Made by a program: the position numbers and the translations under genes. The notes beneath the pieces were generated by a model. It was not told the DNA's origin, searched no databases, and saw only the letters and a program-made list of their open reading frames with translations. A DNA stretch of 64,000 nt from Novakomyces olei (taxonomy: Eukaryota), in the NCBI GenBank assembly GCA_016906335.1, contig JADEYG010000002.1:1612001-1676000 (forward strand). Direction: 5' to 3'. Of the stretch, positions 38,952 through 51,746 are shown piece after piece; the first letter of the stretch is position 1, and every line of letters begins with the position of its first letter.

Positions 38952-41199
38952 ATGGAGTATTCTCGTCCAAACCGCCGAAGACCGCGCAATTCTGCGTAAG
39001 TTCTACAAGCGGCACCATTGTTTCGTACCTATCAATTTTGTCGCAATGACTGATCTGACAAAAGGCGTCCAACAGTTGTGATCGCTGCCATTCATTGAAG
39101 ATCAAGTGCTCCGGCGAGTACCCGTGTCGCGCTTGCCAAGCTTCTAAACGCCGCACCGTCTGCAAATTCACGGCCCAGAATGCACGAGATAAAAAGATTG
39201 TAGTTTCACAAGGGTGAGCAAACCTGCGGATTGGATTTTACGAGGCTAACAATCAGCCTTATATTTGATTTGCAGGACGAAATTAAACGACTTCGAGATG
39301 GACAGCGTCTAAATTCAGCGGGCGCTTTTGCTAAACCTCCACAGCACGAGCAATCTGCGACACAACTACGCCAAAGCAAGAGCGAGCAAGGCCCGTCTAA
39401 TCATTTGTCTGAAGCAGTGGACGACACATTTACCCTAAACTCTGTATTCATGGGCGGCTCCACCTGTACAGCGTTTGAAGAACAGCTTTTGCACTGCGTT
39501 GATCCCGATAATATACTGAAGCAAAGTCCTATCGAGCAAGCATATTTCACTCACCCGTCTTTAACCAGAGCAATCGAGTCCAAAATTGAATTACCGAATC
39601 GTGTTCAGGCCAATCTTTTAGTAAAGCGAGCTTTACAGTTTATTGGCACAGACTATCATCTATTGATGAAACGGTCGTTTTTCAAACGGCTTGACAGAGC
39701 GTATGACAAGCGCTACGCAGTCGATTCCGTTTGGTTATGCAGTGTCTTTGCTCTCCTCGCCTTGGGCGAATTATACTCGAATTGCGGCAGCAGTTTTGGA
39801 GGTCAAAATGTGCCAGGCACAGATTATTTCCTCAAGGCTGTATCATTACTCCAAGACGGCTATGAGGAAGCATCGATAGACCATATACAAGCTTTGCTAC
39901 TTCTTGTAAGTTATTCCCTAAACAACGCAGTTTTCTGATGAAGCAGTCATTTTATGCCAACACTCTGGGCCGATTAAGGGCTTCCTACATTTATTGTGGT
40001 ATAGCCATGCGAATGGCTATTAGCCTCGGACTTCACAAGTGTCAGCGGTGTCGCGCAGAATTGTCCCCCGTTGATCGGGAAAATAGACGACGAGTATGGT
40101 GGACTGTTTATCTACTTGATCGTCTGTCAGTTTCTAGGCTAGGATACCCGATAACAATTAGTGACGATGACATAGAAACAGAGATGCCTTCGCTGAATAA
40201 TCTTACGGTCGAGGAAAAAGGGGAGTTTTCCGCTCCTGCTCATTTATGTGCTAAAATTCAACTCGGTCGCATTACTGGGCAAATAGGTAAACTAGTATAT
40301 ACATATTGTGTTTCTAATATAATGTTATTTCTAACTCTGATCTAGTCAGTGTGATCTATGCCCGTCCAAAAGGACAAAAGGCACAAGAAGGAGCCTTTGT
40401 TAATCGAGTCCACCAGATATTCAGCAGTCTTCGTAGATGGGATGAGTGTTTGCCAGAACAGCTCAAGGCACTTTCTGAAGGCTCTCCTCGGCATATATTT
40501 AGTCTGCGACTGCACTACAACGACTGCATTATCCAGACAACCCGGCCAATTTTGTTGCTAGTGTTTAGACAAAGACTCAGATCCGGAGAATCAACTTTTA
40601 GCAATAATGCTTCATCCATGATGACGACTTTGGCGGAAAGCTGCGTACAGGCGGCTTCTACCTCAAATTCGATCATGTCAAAGCTCTTTGTTGAAGGAAC
40701 ACTTGCAATTTTTGGCTACTTTGACGCCCATTATCTGTTCTCTTCTACGCTTGTACTTATTATTTCTGCTGTAATGAAGCCAGACTCTGCGTTATCGGAT
40801 TCCATCCTTGTTGCTTTTAATTTGTTAAGATCAATGGCAAAACAAGGCAATTTTCCGGCTGAGGTATATTTTGAGCGGCTGCAGCGCGTGCGGTCTGCAA
40901 TAGAGAGCTTGAGGCCAGCATTGACAGTAGAGATTGGAAGTAGTTCGACAGTAGGGCTAAACGAGGCGGAAATGCGCAGTAACAACAGTATTGATACGGA
41001 AGAGCAAGGATGTTTATTTAATTCAGTGGGTATTGAGGACGTGTCCGAGAGCAGGAGCAATTATGGATGCGATACGCTTAAGAATCCGTACATCCAAATT
41101 TTTCTAGATCAATTGGTTGAAGACACTGCTACTTGCCAGGGAGCTACTGACATTTTGCATGGACTGGAAGACGGGCCAGCTAGTTGTTTAGACAGATAG
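38952..41199 (+). CDS. Zn(II)2Cys6 transcription factor, multi-exon
   Basis: MEYSRPNRRRPRNS|ACDRCHSLKIKCSGEYPCRACQ..VC (intron 38996-39075), then AMRMAISLGLH and ENRRRVWWTVYLLDR..LGYP. Confidence 0.92.
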
Positions 41200-41933
41200 C
41201 AAACACAGTAAATCAATTTTATAATGAGATGCCGGTCTCAAACAAACAATATAAAATTCGCCTTGTGCCATATCGTTTGGTCGGATCACGCTGGACTCTG
41301 CGCTGACAGACCACTAGATATCGCCGTTCCTTTACTTATAATATCCCACTCATCCCACGCATGAGATGGGTTTCAATTTTTGACACACGGGTCCGGCCTG
41401 GTAGTTTCTCGACCTCGTCGGCAAGTCTCCAATTGTGAAAAGCAGTCGTTGATGAGGATGTGCTTTCACGATTTTAAATGTATATTCAAGTCGCTTTGGC
41501 GACTAGTAATATATAAATCCTGTGCCAATCTAGAAAGCAATTTGCTTTAGAGACGAACAAAAATTATTCTCCATTTAATTTTAGACAATCAGAAAACTTT
41601 TAGCCAAGTCCTACGGATATTAGGGGTCAATTTGTCTAGTCTAAAGCTTAGATACGACCAACCCCGCTTCAGTTTTGCAAGATCGGCTTCTATGACTTAT
41701 AACCGAGCACTATATTGCTTATCACTACTATATGGAGATATTCTAATAAAATAGATCGGTTTACTCCGTTGTTAACCGACCCAATTCTCGGGTAACAGTT
41801 AAAAGCCGGTAATAAGGCTTATCGCTCGAGAGTGTGTGACAGTATGAAGATGATGTGCATTTCTTTAGACTTCCCGTCGATACATATATAAAGCTGCGTT
41901 GGGTCAATCTTTGGCAGCAGCGAACAGCGCATA

Positions 41934-44900
41934 ATGACTTTGGCTGGTATTCGAGTGGCGATTGACAGAGGTGGCACCTTTACAGATGCGTGGGCTCAGG
42001 TGCCCGGTCGAAAAAGTGATATAGTCCTGAAGGTCCTTTCCGAATGCCCAGATGAATATCCAGATGCGCCTACAGAGTGTATTAGACAGATTCTCGAGAT
42101 CGCCACAGGAACCATAGTTCCGCGCGGCTCTCCACTCGACATTTCATCTATCGAGTCTATTCGAATGGGGACGACGGTAGCGACAAATGCTTTGCTGGAG
42201 CGTAAAGGTGAGCATGTTGCGCTTTTGATAACAAAGGGATTCCGTGATGCTCTTAAAATTGGCAATCAAGCACGGCCAAATTTGTTTGACTTATCGGTAC
42301 AGCGATTGAGCAAACTCTATGAAACTGTTGTGGAGATTGATGAACGCGTTACAGTTGAAGGATTTGCTGAAGATCCGTACCCTGAATCCATTGATCTGGA
42401 TTTGGATCCGGATCTCTATCTTGGTTTGACTGGAGAGGCCATTCGAGTGCTTAAACGCCCTGACTATGAGGTGGTGGAAAAGGACTTACAACATCTTTGG
42501 GCGCTCGGATATCGAAGCGTTGCTATTGCTCTCCTGCATTCATACAATTTCCAGGAACACGAGTTGAAAGTTGCCGAGATCGCACGGAAGCTCGGATTTC
42601 GGGTTTCGGCTTCTTCTGAGCTTCAGGCAATGGCTAAAATTGTCCCGAGAAGCCAATCGGCTGTTGCAGACGCTTATCTCTCTCCGGTTACGGACAAGTA
42701 CCTTGAAAGCTTCCGGAACGGTTTCAAGGGAGAACTACGGGACGAGAATGCAAAAAAGCTTTTCATGAATCAATCAGATGGTGGGCTGATAACGTTTAAT
42801 AAATTCACAGGGCTTCGTGGAGTATTGAGTGGTCCTGCCGGAGGAGTGGTCGGTTTGTCGAAAACGTGTTTTAGTGCGGAAAAAAGAGTGCCAGTTCTTG
42901 GGTTTGACAGTAAGAAGACTTAGCTTCGTTTGAAATTTCTACTTTAGATTTGAATTTATTTATCCCATATTTTTCAAATGGTGTTTTTGTGGTTGACGTA
43001 CCCATATAAGCATGAAACGATTAATTGAATAATAATGTTAGGATCTTATCACACCTGCTAACATCAATCAGTGGGCGGCACAAGTACGGACGTTGCCAGA
43101 TTCTCTGGCAGCCTAGAGCATATCTTTGAAAGCACAATTGCGCAGGTGACAATCCAAACTCCTCAGCTTAATATCAATACAGTCGCGGCTGGCGGAGGCT
43201 CTATTTTGTACTGGGAAAATGGCATGTTTAAAGTTGGTCCACAGAGTGCTGGGGCCAATCCTGGACCTGCATGTTATGGCCGCAATGGCCCGCTCACGAT
43301 TACGGACGCCAATCTGTTTCTAGGCCGTATTGTGCCCGACCTTTTCCCACGGCATCTTGCGGTTGATGTAGTCCGGGCCAAATTTAAAGCTCTAACAGAA
43401 ACGATCAATTCTGAGAAGGCAGGAAAACAAATGTTAACGCCAGAGCAAGTAGCAGCCGGGTTCATTGCTATTGCAAACGCAACAATGACCCGGCCAATAA
43501 GAACGCTTAGTGAGGGTCGTGGATTCGAAACAGCCGCACATAATCTCGGCTGCTTTGGTGGAGCTGGTGGACAGCACGCAGTTGCAATCGCGCGAGATCT
43601 TGGAATCAAGACGGCAATTATCCCAAAATACTCGAGCATTCTATCAGCATTTGGTATGGCCTTGGCTGACGTAGTAGTGGAAAACCAAGAACCGGTAGCT
43701 TACGTCTACAACAGCGAATCTTTGCCAAGCTTAAAGATACGCCTGGACAAACTGCGGGCTAGCGGTGTCAAGGGGCTAACTGAGCAAGGATTTAATGCAG
43801 AGCAAATCGTACATGAGGATTATCTCAACATGCGCTATCAAGGCAGTGATACAGCATTAATGATTAAGCTTGAAAAAGATAATGAAAATGGCAAAGAACA
43901 TATAAAAGAATCAGAATCAGCTAATTCCAAAAACTACGCAGACTTTGCTCAAGCCTTTGTGGCGCGACACCAACAAGAGTTTGGGTTCACACAATCTAGG
44001 GATATTCTTGTCGATGATGTGCGTATCCGTAGTATCGGGAAAGGACTGCAGTTGCAATTAGCTGATCCATTTTTAGAGTTGGAAACTGCCCCACACTTGA
44101 CCAAAAATCCAGATGCGACTCGCAAAGTATACTTTGCCGATGAGGGCTGGGTGGAAACTGCACTTTACTATTTGGAATCCTGTTTGGCTGGGACACGTAT
44201 CTCCGGCCCGGCTATTATAATTGACAAGACCCAAACGATTATAGTTGATCCTTCGAGCTCAGCGACCGTCTGCTCACAGCACGTAATTTTGGACGTTCAT
44301 TCCCCACCAAAGCCCGCTTTGCCCATTGACAAGCCCGATCCGATTCAACTGGGCGTCTTTGGGCACCGTTTTATGAGTGTTGCTGAGCAAATGGGCCGAA
44401 CACTGCAGAAGACGTCAATCTCTGTCAATATTAAGGAGAGACTTGATTATTCTTGTGCTGTTTTTTCCGCCGATGGTGGGTTAGTTGCAAATGCTCCGCA
44501 TATTCCAGGACATCTTGGATCGATGAGCTATGCGATCGCCTGGCAGGCCAGGCATTACAAGCCGGGGGAGCTCGAGCCGGGTGACGTAATTCTCAGCAAT
44601 CATCCAAGTGCAGGCGGAACTCACCTGCCGGATCTAACCGTAATAACTCCTGTTTTTGATCATGAAACGAACCCAACAAGGATCTTATTTTTCATGGCTA
44701 ACCGGGGTCATCACGCTGATATTGGCGGAATTGCACCAGGGTCCATGCCTCCCAATTCGACGGAGCTCTGGCAGGAAGGCGCGGCAGTTGAATCGTTCAA
44801 AATCGTAAAAAAGGGCGTCTTTGATGAGAATGGGCTGTATGAAGTGCTTTATACAATCCCTTCACGTTACCCAGGCTGCAGTGGAACTCGGACTCTACGG

Positions 44901-46184
44901 GATAATGTTGCTGATTTAAAAGCTGCTATTGCCTCAAACAATAAGGGTATTCAGCTGATATCTAGTCTTGTCAAGGAGTACACTTGGCCTGTTGTCGAGT
45001 TTTATATGATGGCGATACAGGAAAACGCGGCCCAGTCGGTGCGCGAGCTTCTAAAGGTCTTTTCTCATCGTTTTGATGGACAAGATCTCGAAGCTATCGA
45101 CTACATGGACGATGGAAGCCTTCTCGCTCTTCGAATCACAATAGATAGCAAGAGTGGCGAAGCCATATTTGACTTTTCTGGAACAGGACCAGAACAGTTT
45201 GGTAATCTCAACTGTCCACCGGCAATAATGTACTCTGGAATCATGGTAGGTCTGCTAGTGTCTTTTTATGCCAAAAGAATCATCAACTGTTTTTTTTTAA
45301 TTACTCTATTGCATCCAATTATTTTCTATGACCCGCTAATAAATCATCAGTACTGTCTACGTTCAATGATTTCGACCGACATCCCTTTGAATCAAGGCTG
45401 TCTTAAACCGATAAAGATTGTTTGCCCAGAAAATAGTATACTTTCGCCGTCTCTGAAAGCTGCAACTGTTGGATCGAATGTTGAAACATCACAGAGGATT
45501 GTGGATTTAATTTTCAAGGCTTTCCGTGCGGCAGCGGCGTCGCAAGGTACCTGCAACAATTTGACTTTTGGCTGTGGAGGACTCGACCCCGAAACGGGCA
45601 AGGAGATTAAAGGCTTTGGATATTATGAGACTATAGCCGGAGGATCTGGCGCTGGCGCAGACTGGGACGGTGAAAGTGGTGTTCATACGCATATCACGAA
45701 TACCAGAATGTCAGATCCAGAGATTTTTGAGAAACGGTACCCCGTAATTCTTCATGAATTTTCGATTCGAAAAGCGAGCGGGGGCAGAGGGCTTCATTGT
45801 GGAGGAGACGGCTGTATTCGGGACATTGAGTTCCGTAGACCGGTCCAAGTGTCAATTCTCTCAGAGCGACGAGTCATTGCGCCTTACGGAATGGCCGGGG
45901 GAGATGAAGGAATGAGGGGAATAAATCTTTGGGTCAGAAACTATGAGGATGGGACTACCAGAACAATCAACTTGGGCGGGAAGGCTACGACACCCATGCA
46001 AGCTGGCGACCGTATAGTCGTCAAAACACCTGGCGGCGGAGGGTATGGGATTGATCCCTCCAAGCCGGTGAAGAACGAAGTGTTTGGAGCTTTCCGTATA
46101 CATGATAAACTGAACCCTGCACAAACGCATTTTCGGGCAGGGGGAAGTGTTGCCAAACAAAACGCTCTAGCGGTCAGCAATTAA
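41934..46184 (+). CDS. OXP1: ATP-dependent 5-oxoprolinase (hydantoinase A+B fusion)
   Basis: IDRGGTFTD, MGTTVATNALLER, LSGPAGG, FD|MGGTSTDV, TVAAGGGS, NIKERLDYSCA, GTHLPD, YETIAGG and TPGGGGYG. Introns at 42910-43071 and 45246-45350. Confidence 0.95.
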
Positions 46185-47094
46185 AAAGGGTTTCCTGTTG
46201 GTAATAAACAGTCGAGAATCTTAAGCTTTCAATCTCAGCAAATCAAACTCATTTTATTTGAATTATGGTTTTAGACGAGCTTTGGGGCTTTAATTCTCGT
46301 GAAAGCCTTCTAGGCTACAGGAGTTTGTGCGGAAAAGGACGTAATTGTCAACTTTGGAACCATTAGGACGTTTTTTACAACCGAAAGTGTGACCAAGAGG
46401 CTGTGCTCAGCCAATGAAAACTATTCTTTGGACCAATTTGCCTAAAAACTCGATTGAATACAAAAACGACATTCTTGAAATTTAAATGATATATAAAAGG
46501 CATACGAAGTCGTGGATCAAAGCGCTATTATTCCTGGAATATAATGGAGATACATGCGCTTTGCGCAATACCGTTAGACAGAAAATAATATATAAATTTA
46601 GCAGATGTACCGTAAAAGCTACACAGCTATTGTATGAATATCAGATGAAAATGCTACACACACTTTGTGCGTTGACTTTATGGAATAATAGGCTTCAAAA
46701 TTTATTTTCGTTTTTATTAAAAATCATTACCTGCCTCTAAACAAGATATATTTGTTGACTGGACCTTCTACTCAACTCAAAAGACTGGAAGCAAATAAAT
46801 CTCAATGTTGTTGACGTGTGATGCAACAATTTACCAAATGAAGTATTTGATGATCTATGACAAAGCACAAGGACTGGATTAGCAGTGGCCCATCACGATA
46901 CACAAAATAAACGAGTGAGTTCGAGAACAGCATATTAGCTAGCGAGTTCAATAAGAAGAATTGAACGTGTTCATGTAAAACTATAAGAGCTTAAACAAAA
47001 AAGTTAACGTTTTATAGATAGCGAGGAAGCAAAGTTTAAAAAAGCCAATTTGTTTATTGTAATCATCAGCATAATATTGTCTGTACGAAGTATA

Positions 47095-48087
47095 CTATGC
47101 GACACGGTTCGACGTCTCACCCGTTTCCAGGTAGCTAATAACATTTTTCACCGTATCCGCCTCGCTAGAGTACAATGTCCGTTCTGTGAAAGCAGCGTAA
47201 TGAGGATGCATAGTAACTTTGGGACTGCTGAGGATGCGAGGATTGATTACTGGCTCGTGCTCAAACACGTCCAGTCCCGCAAAGGCAACGATTCCCTCAT
47301 CAATGGCATCTGCCAATGCACATTCGTCAACGAGACCACCTCGACCAGCATTTACAAAACGCACGCCCCTCTTCATTTTTTGAAACATTTTCCTATCGCA
47401 CATATGATGCGTTTCCGGCGTCAATGGACACTGCAATGCAACTACATCGCAGCTGCTCACGAGATCGTCCAAGTCTGTGTAGGTCGCCCCGATCTCTGTT
47501 TCCTCCGCTACGCTGAGCTGGCGGCGATTGTAGTATTTAATCTTCATACCAAACGCGGACCCCATTTGCTTTGCCACAATTTTGCCAATATTTCCCATGC
47601 CCACAATGCCAAGGGTGGAGCCCTGCGGATCTTTCCTCAGGTCTAAACCTTCGCGCCAGCCACCGTTGCGCATAACAATCTCGGCCTCCGAAGTGCCACG
47701 GAGCGTAGCCAGTACGAGGAAACTAACAAAAGTGGCAGTTGATTCTGCCGGTGCAAAGGGTGTATTTGCCAATTGCACGCCATTCGCCTTGTGCCACTTG
47801 GAATCGAAATCGTCATAGCCAGCACCAGCACTAGCCACCATCTTGAGGCCGGGCATAAGGCAGCCGAGAAACTCTCCATCGAGCGGGTGGAAACGAGTGA
47901 CCCCGAAAAGAATTATAAGCGCCTCGTACGGCCCATTGGCCTCGTACTGCGTCCGCATAGCCTCCATCATCTCGCTGCGCGTGCCCTTGTGCTCGAGACA
48001 GTCTAAATGTGCCAACTGCTGTAGGTGCTTGACTTCCGCTTCAGCCAGCGTGGGAGGGCGAAGCGCTAGTACCTTGCGGACCGTCAT
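47095..48087 (-). CDS. D-isomer-specific 2-hydroxyacid dehydrogenase (glyoxylate reductase-like)
   Basis: GAGYD, ANTP, GIVGMGNIG, YYNRR, CPLTPET, VNAGRG, GLDVFEHEP and HPH. Confidence 0.93.
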   Translation of the reverse strand: MTVRKVLALRPPTLAEAEVKHLQQLAHLDCLEHKGTRSEMMEAMRTQYEANGPYEALIILFGVTRFHPLDGEFLGCLMPGLKMVASAGAGYDDFDSKWHKANGVQLANTPFAPAESTATFVSFLVLATLRGTSEAEIVMRNGGWREGLDLRKDPQGSTLGIVGMGNIGKIVAKQMGSAFGMKIKYYNRRQLSVAEETEIGATYTDLDDLVSSCDVVALQCPLTPETHHMCDRKMFQKMKRGVRFVNAGRGGLVDECALADAIDEGIVAFAGLDVFEHEPVINPRILSSPKVTMHPHYAAFTERTLYSSEADTVKNVISYLETGETSNRVA

Positions 48088-48449
48088 TTTGACAGTGGTT
48101 CTCCTACGGCTGAGTTTGCCCCAATAGACGTACTGCTCTCAGTGTTATTGAGCCGCTTTTGCTGGTTATGCTCGAGTAGATCTTTACAAGTCTTAATCAA
48201 ATCTCTGTTTGACCTTAAACGATCGTGTACATTTATTTATCTCTGTCGGCTCCCACGCAAGCAATCAGGCGAGGCGCAAAATAGTTACTTAAAAAGGGGC
48301 ATCGGAGTTTAACCGCACATCATGTGCCTTAAATATAGCGGGATCAGCACGTAGCATGGCTGGCGTGTAATTTGATTTGATAAAGTTAGATGCGTAAACA
48401 GAGATAAAGTAGGACTGGCATCGCCTGCTGTTTGTTTATTCAATGCTTT

Positions 48450-48463
48450 GCGGATCATTACCG
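48450..48463 (+). promoter_or_regulatory. CGG-N7-CCG putative Zn2Cys6 site
   Basis: GCGG-ATCATTA-CCG, ~365 bp upstream of the dehydrogenase start. Confidence 0.55.
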
Positions 48464-49404
48464 GTGTATTATCAAAAACTTTAGGACATGGCAATAAAAA
48501 AAGAAAAAGAAAACAAAAAGACAATAATTTCTGGACTACATGGGAATCAGTCCATGAAGAAATGTAAAGTCTTCTATTCTTGCTTGCTGAATAGCTGAAT
48601 CAAAGGATGCCCAAGGCTAAGAGTTTAGAAGTATATTTAAGTAATAAGCAGTTCATTGTTTCGCAAAACATTTATTAATGCCTTAGAACTGCAATTACAA
48701 ATTTAAACCAGCTTTACAGCACTGCAATTGTGATGAAAGTCTATCCGAAACTCTAACCCAGTAATAAAATGGTTCCTAAAATAAAGTTGATAGGTGAATT
48801 ATTAGCATGCAGAAGCAGATGCAGGACGATATATGTAATCAGTTTTCAATTTAAAATCTCTTTATTTTGCCTCTCTCTCCCATTGGTTTTGGTTTAAACC
48901 AATTCCAAAAACAGTTTAGTCTATTGACCTGTTGCAATCGCTTAAAAAATGCATGTTTCTTGTTAATCGTGTGACAGAAAATTTAGAATCTGCTTTGAAT
49001 TGCAGTAACTTTATTTGATTATGTTTATTTGCTCCAGAGCTATTTTTTTGCTCTTAAAAGAGGCATTTCAAACAGCTTCATCCAGCTGATTTATTTTTTA
49101 CAATATTATTTGTAAATTTGGCGAAATCAAGGCAAACTCAGAGCTGCAGGAAGACATACACTACATTATTAATGAATAATTTTATTAAAATATTTGAGTA
49201 ACTATAATATTGATTAAACAATTACCGTAGGCTTATCAATTTTTGCCAGGTAGATTGAAGTAGGGACCAGGCGTCAGAGTTTATGTGTGAGCTGCTTCCT
49301 TTTCACGAAAGACCAAATTTCCTGATCAGTTTTGATTCAAATTTGATCAACTCTGCTCTTCTAAGCTGAATCGTTTCTAACTTATAAATATTTATGCAGT
49401 GAAT

Positions 49405-51274
49405 TTAACCCGCTAGGTAGCCACGAATTCTAACGTACCATGGCTCAGTAACGCGTTTCTCTAGCCACTGAATCTGAGCCATAGTAAGGGGTCGACGGCC
49501 TGTATAAATGTCCATTTTGTCATAAGTACGAAAGTTTTGTCGATACACTAGCTTGTGACAAGCATACACAAACAAGAAAATTGGAACACCGAGGTACTGG
49601 CGGAAAAAGGCGTTTGCGCTTGGGGAGCCAGTCAACGGCCACCCGCTTATAATTCCGGTTCCAATCAGCATGAGAAAACTGCCAATTCCCGTTACTATAG
49701 TACTAACGGGATAGAGACTGCGATAGGACCATTTTTCGGTCAGCACAGGATCCTTTTGTACCTTTAAAGCTTTCCGGAAACGATAGTGACTCAAGCCAAG
49801 CGATATCCAGCCTATGAAGAAAACTGTACTCGACATTGAAGAAAACCAAACAAAAACGGTGGCGCCTCCAGCAGAGCAGTTTATGTACGACCAAAGGATG
49901 CTTAACAGGGCTGAGATAATAAGAGAGTTACGCGGTCTCCCACGGCTATCGAGCTTTGCAAACCACTGCGGAAACATATGTGAGCGAGCCATGCCGGCCA
50001 TGAGACGGCTGCAGATATACACACCCTCAGAACCAGTGGTCACTGTGCAAAGAAGAATTGTTGCGTTGATTATATGGTCCCAAACCGGGATTCCAGCGTG
50101 TTTAAAAGCAATGACAAACGGAGATTGACTTGAAGAACTTCCACCAAGCAGATCGGGAGAATTTGCAGCTGTATATTTAGTAATTTTGCTAACAATTTAT
50201 AGTTTAGAATTTTAGAATTCAACTTTTTAGTCAGTACTTACGAACAAGAACAGTAATCATGATGACGCCGAGTATAAAAATAAAAATTAAACGCGCAAAC
50301 ATGCTTTTTGCTGCACGTGGAAGGCTTTTCCGGACAAAATTGGACTCTTCCGACATTATAGCAAGAATCAACTGATCACCGGTAGACCAAACAGCTTGTG
50401 AAAATGTTTGGCAAAATCCACGAAACCCATTTATGAAAGCCGGATGGCCAATCCAATTTTCACCACCAACTGCGTGACCATGTGGACCTGCTCCCGCAGC
50501 AACCGCGATGCAAGCAATTAATAGCGCAAATACGAAGAGGACCTTCCATAGCGACGTGAAAAATTCGTATTCTCCAAACCATTCGTTGGGCAATAAATGG
50601 ACAGAAAACATAAGTATCAAAAAAATAGTCACTGTCTGTCAACAAAGGCAAGGAACATATATTCTTCTTACTCCAGGCCGCAAGTGGCACACTAGAGGTC
50701 CAGTAGTCTATTGTGATGGCAAAGGCAGAACTTTCAGCCCCAACCACTGTGCTCCAAGCTAAGATTTCACAGAAGCCTGATATTAGCAAAGATGGTATAC
50801 GACTTTATGGAAGAACAACAAGGACAGCAAAGTAGCATTAGCTTACCAATAGCAAAGCCCCAACTAGGATCAATAAAACGATGAGAATAGTCAATAAAGC
50901 CGCCAACCACAGGCAGTACGCATCCCATTTCGGCGATCAAATCTAAGGAGCATAGAACCACGGCCATCACACACATGTAACCAATAATCATGTTTGCTGG
51001 TCCGCCCAAATGCAATGCTCGGCCCGTCGAAATAAAGTATCCACTTCCCAAATGGCCACCCAGGGCTACCATTGAAGTATGGCGTGCCTTGAAGCCTTGA
51101 CGGTAGGCATTTTTTGGGGCTTCCCAGTTCTCTAATGTAATTTCAACGACATGGTCTGAAGTTAATAGATGCTCCTTAAAATGTCTTTTTACCCTCAGTT
51201 TCAGAAGTTTTTCCAGGGCTTAAGGCTTTGCCTTCTCCCTTCTCTTGAACAATTTTCGAGTCTGAGCTGTCCAT
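49405..51274 (-). CDS. Amino-acid permease (APC/YAT family), multi-exon
   Basis: ARHTSMVALGGHLGSGYFI, AEM..LPV.GGF..Y..RFIDPS.GFAIG, FGEYEF, SSPFVIAF..AGI, SRLM..MA..P..FAKLDSRGRP and FFRQYLG. ATG at 51274. Confidence 0.92.
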
Positions 51275-51746
51275 GCTTATGTCCTGATAATGACTAATTT
51301 TTTGCATAATTTATATAAGAAGACATCCCACGTACGCGCCTTATCTTTATCACAGCCAGACATGAACCCATTACTTATAAGTGGTAAAATGCCGAAATTG
51401 CCAAGGAAGATTAACTATTGCTGAGCATGAAACCATCACTGGAAATTCGCCCCGAGGGAAAATTTACCGTTAGGCTTAGCCTTGTCTTTAGCAGGGCAAA
51501 TTAAAATTACCAGAATTATGGTCTCAGCTTTTTAAGCACTTATCCGGAAAGGCGAGCATGAACACTCGTGGTAGAGAGAGGTTTTTATTTTGCCATGCAG
51601 AAAGTACTTGTGAACAAAGCAAAACCCTGTAATAAGTCGAGCCCAATTAAAGGTGTAGGCTATTTCAGTCAAGCCTTTGCGCATTTTTACATTAGACGCG
51701 TTCTTATGCAAATTTCACGGAAGTCGTACTTTTACTAAAATTGCTA

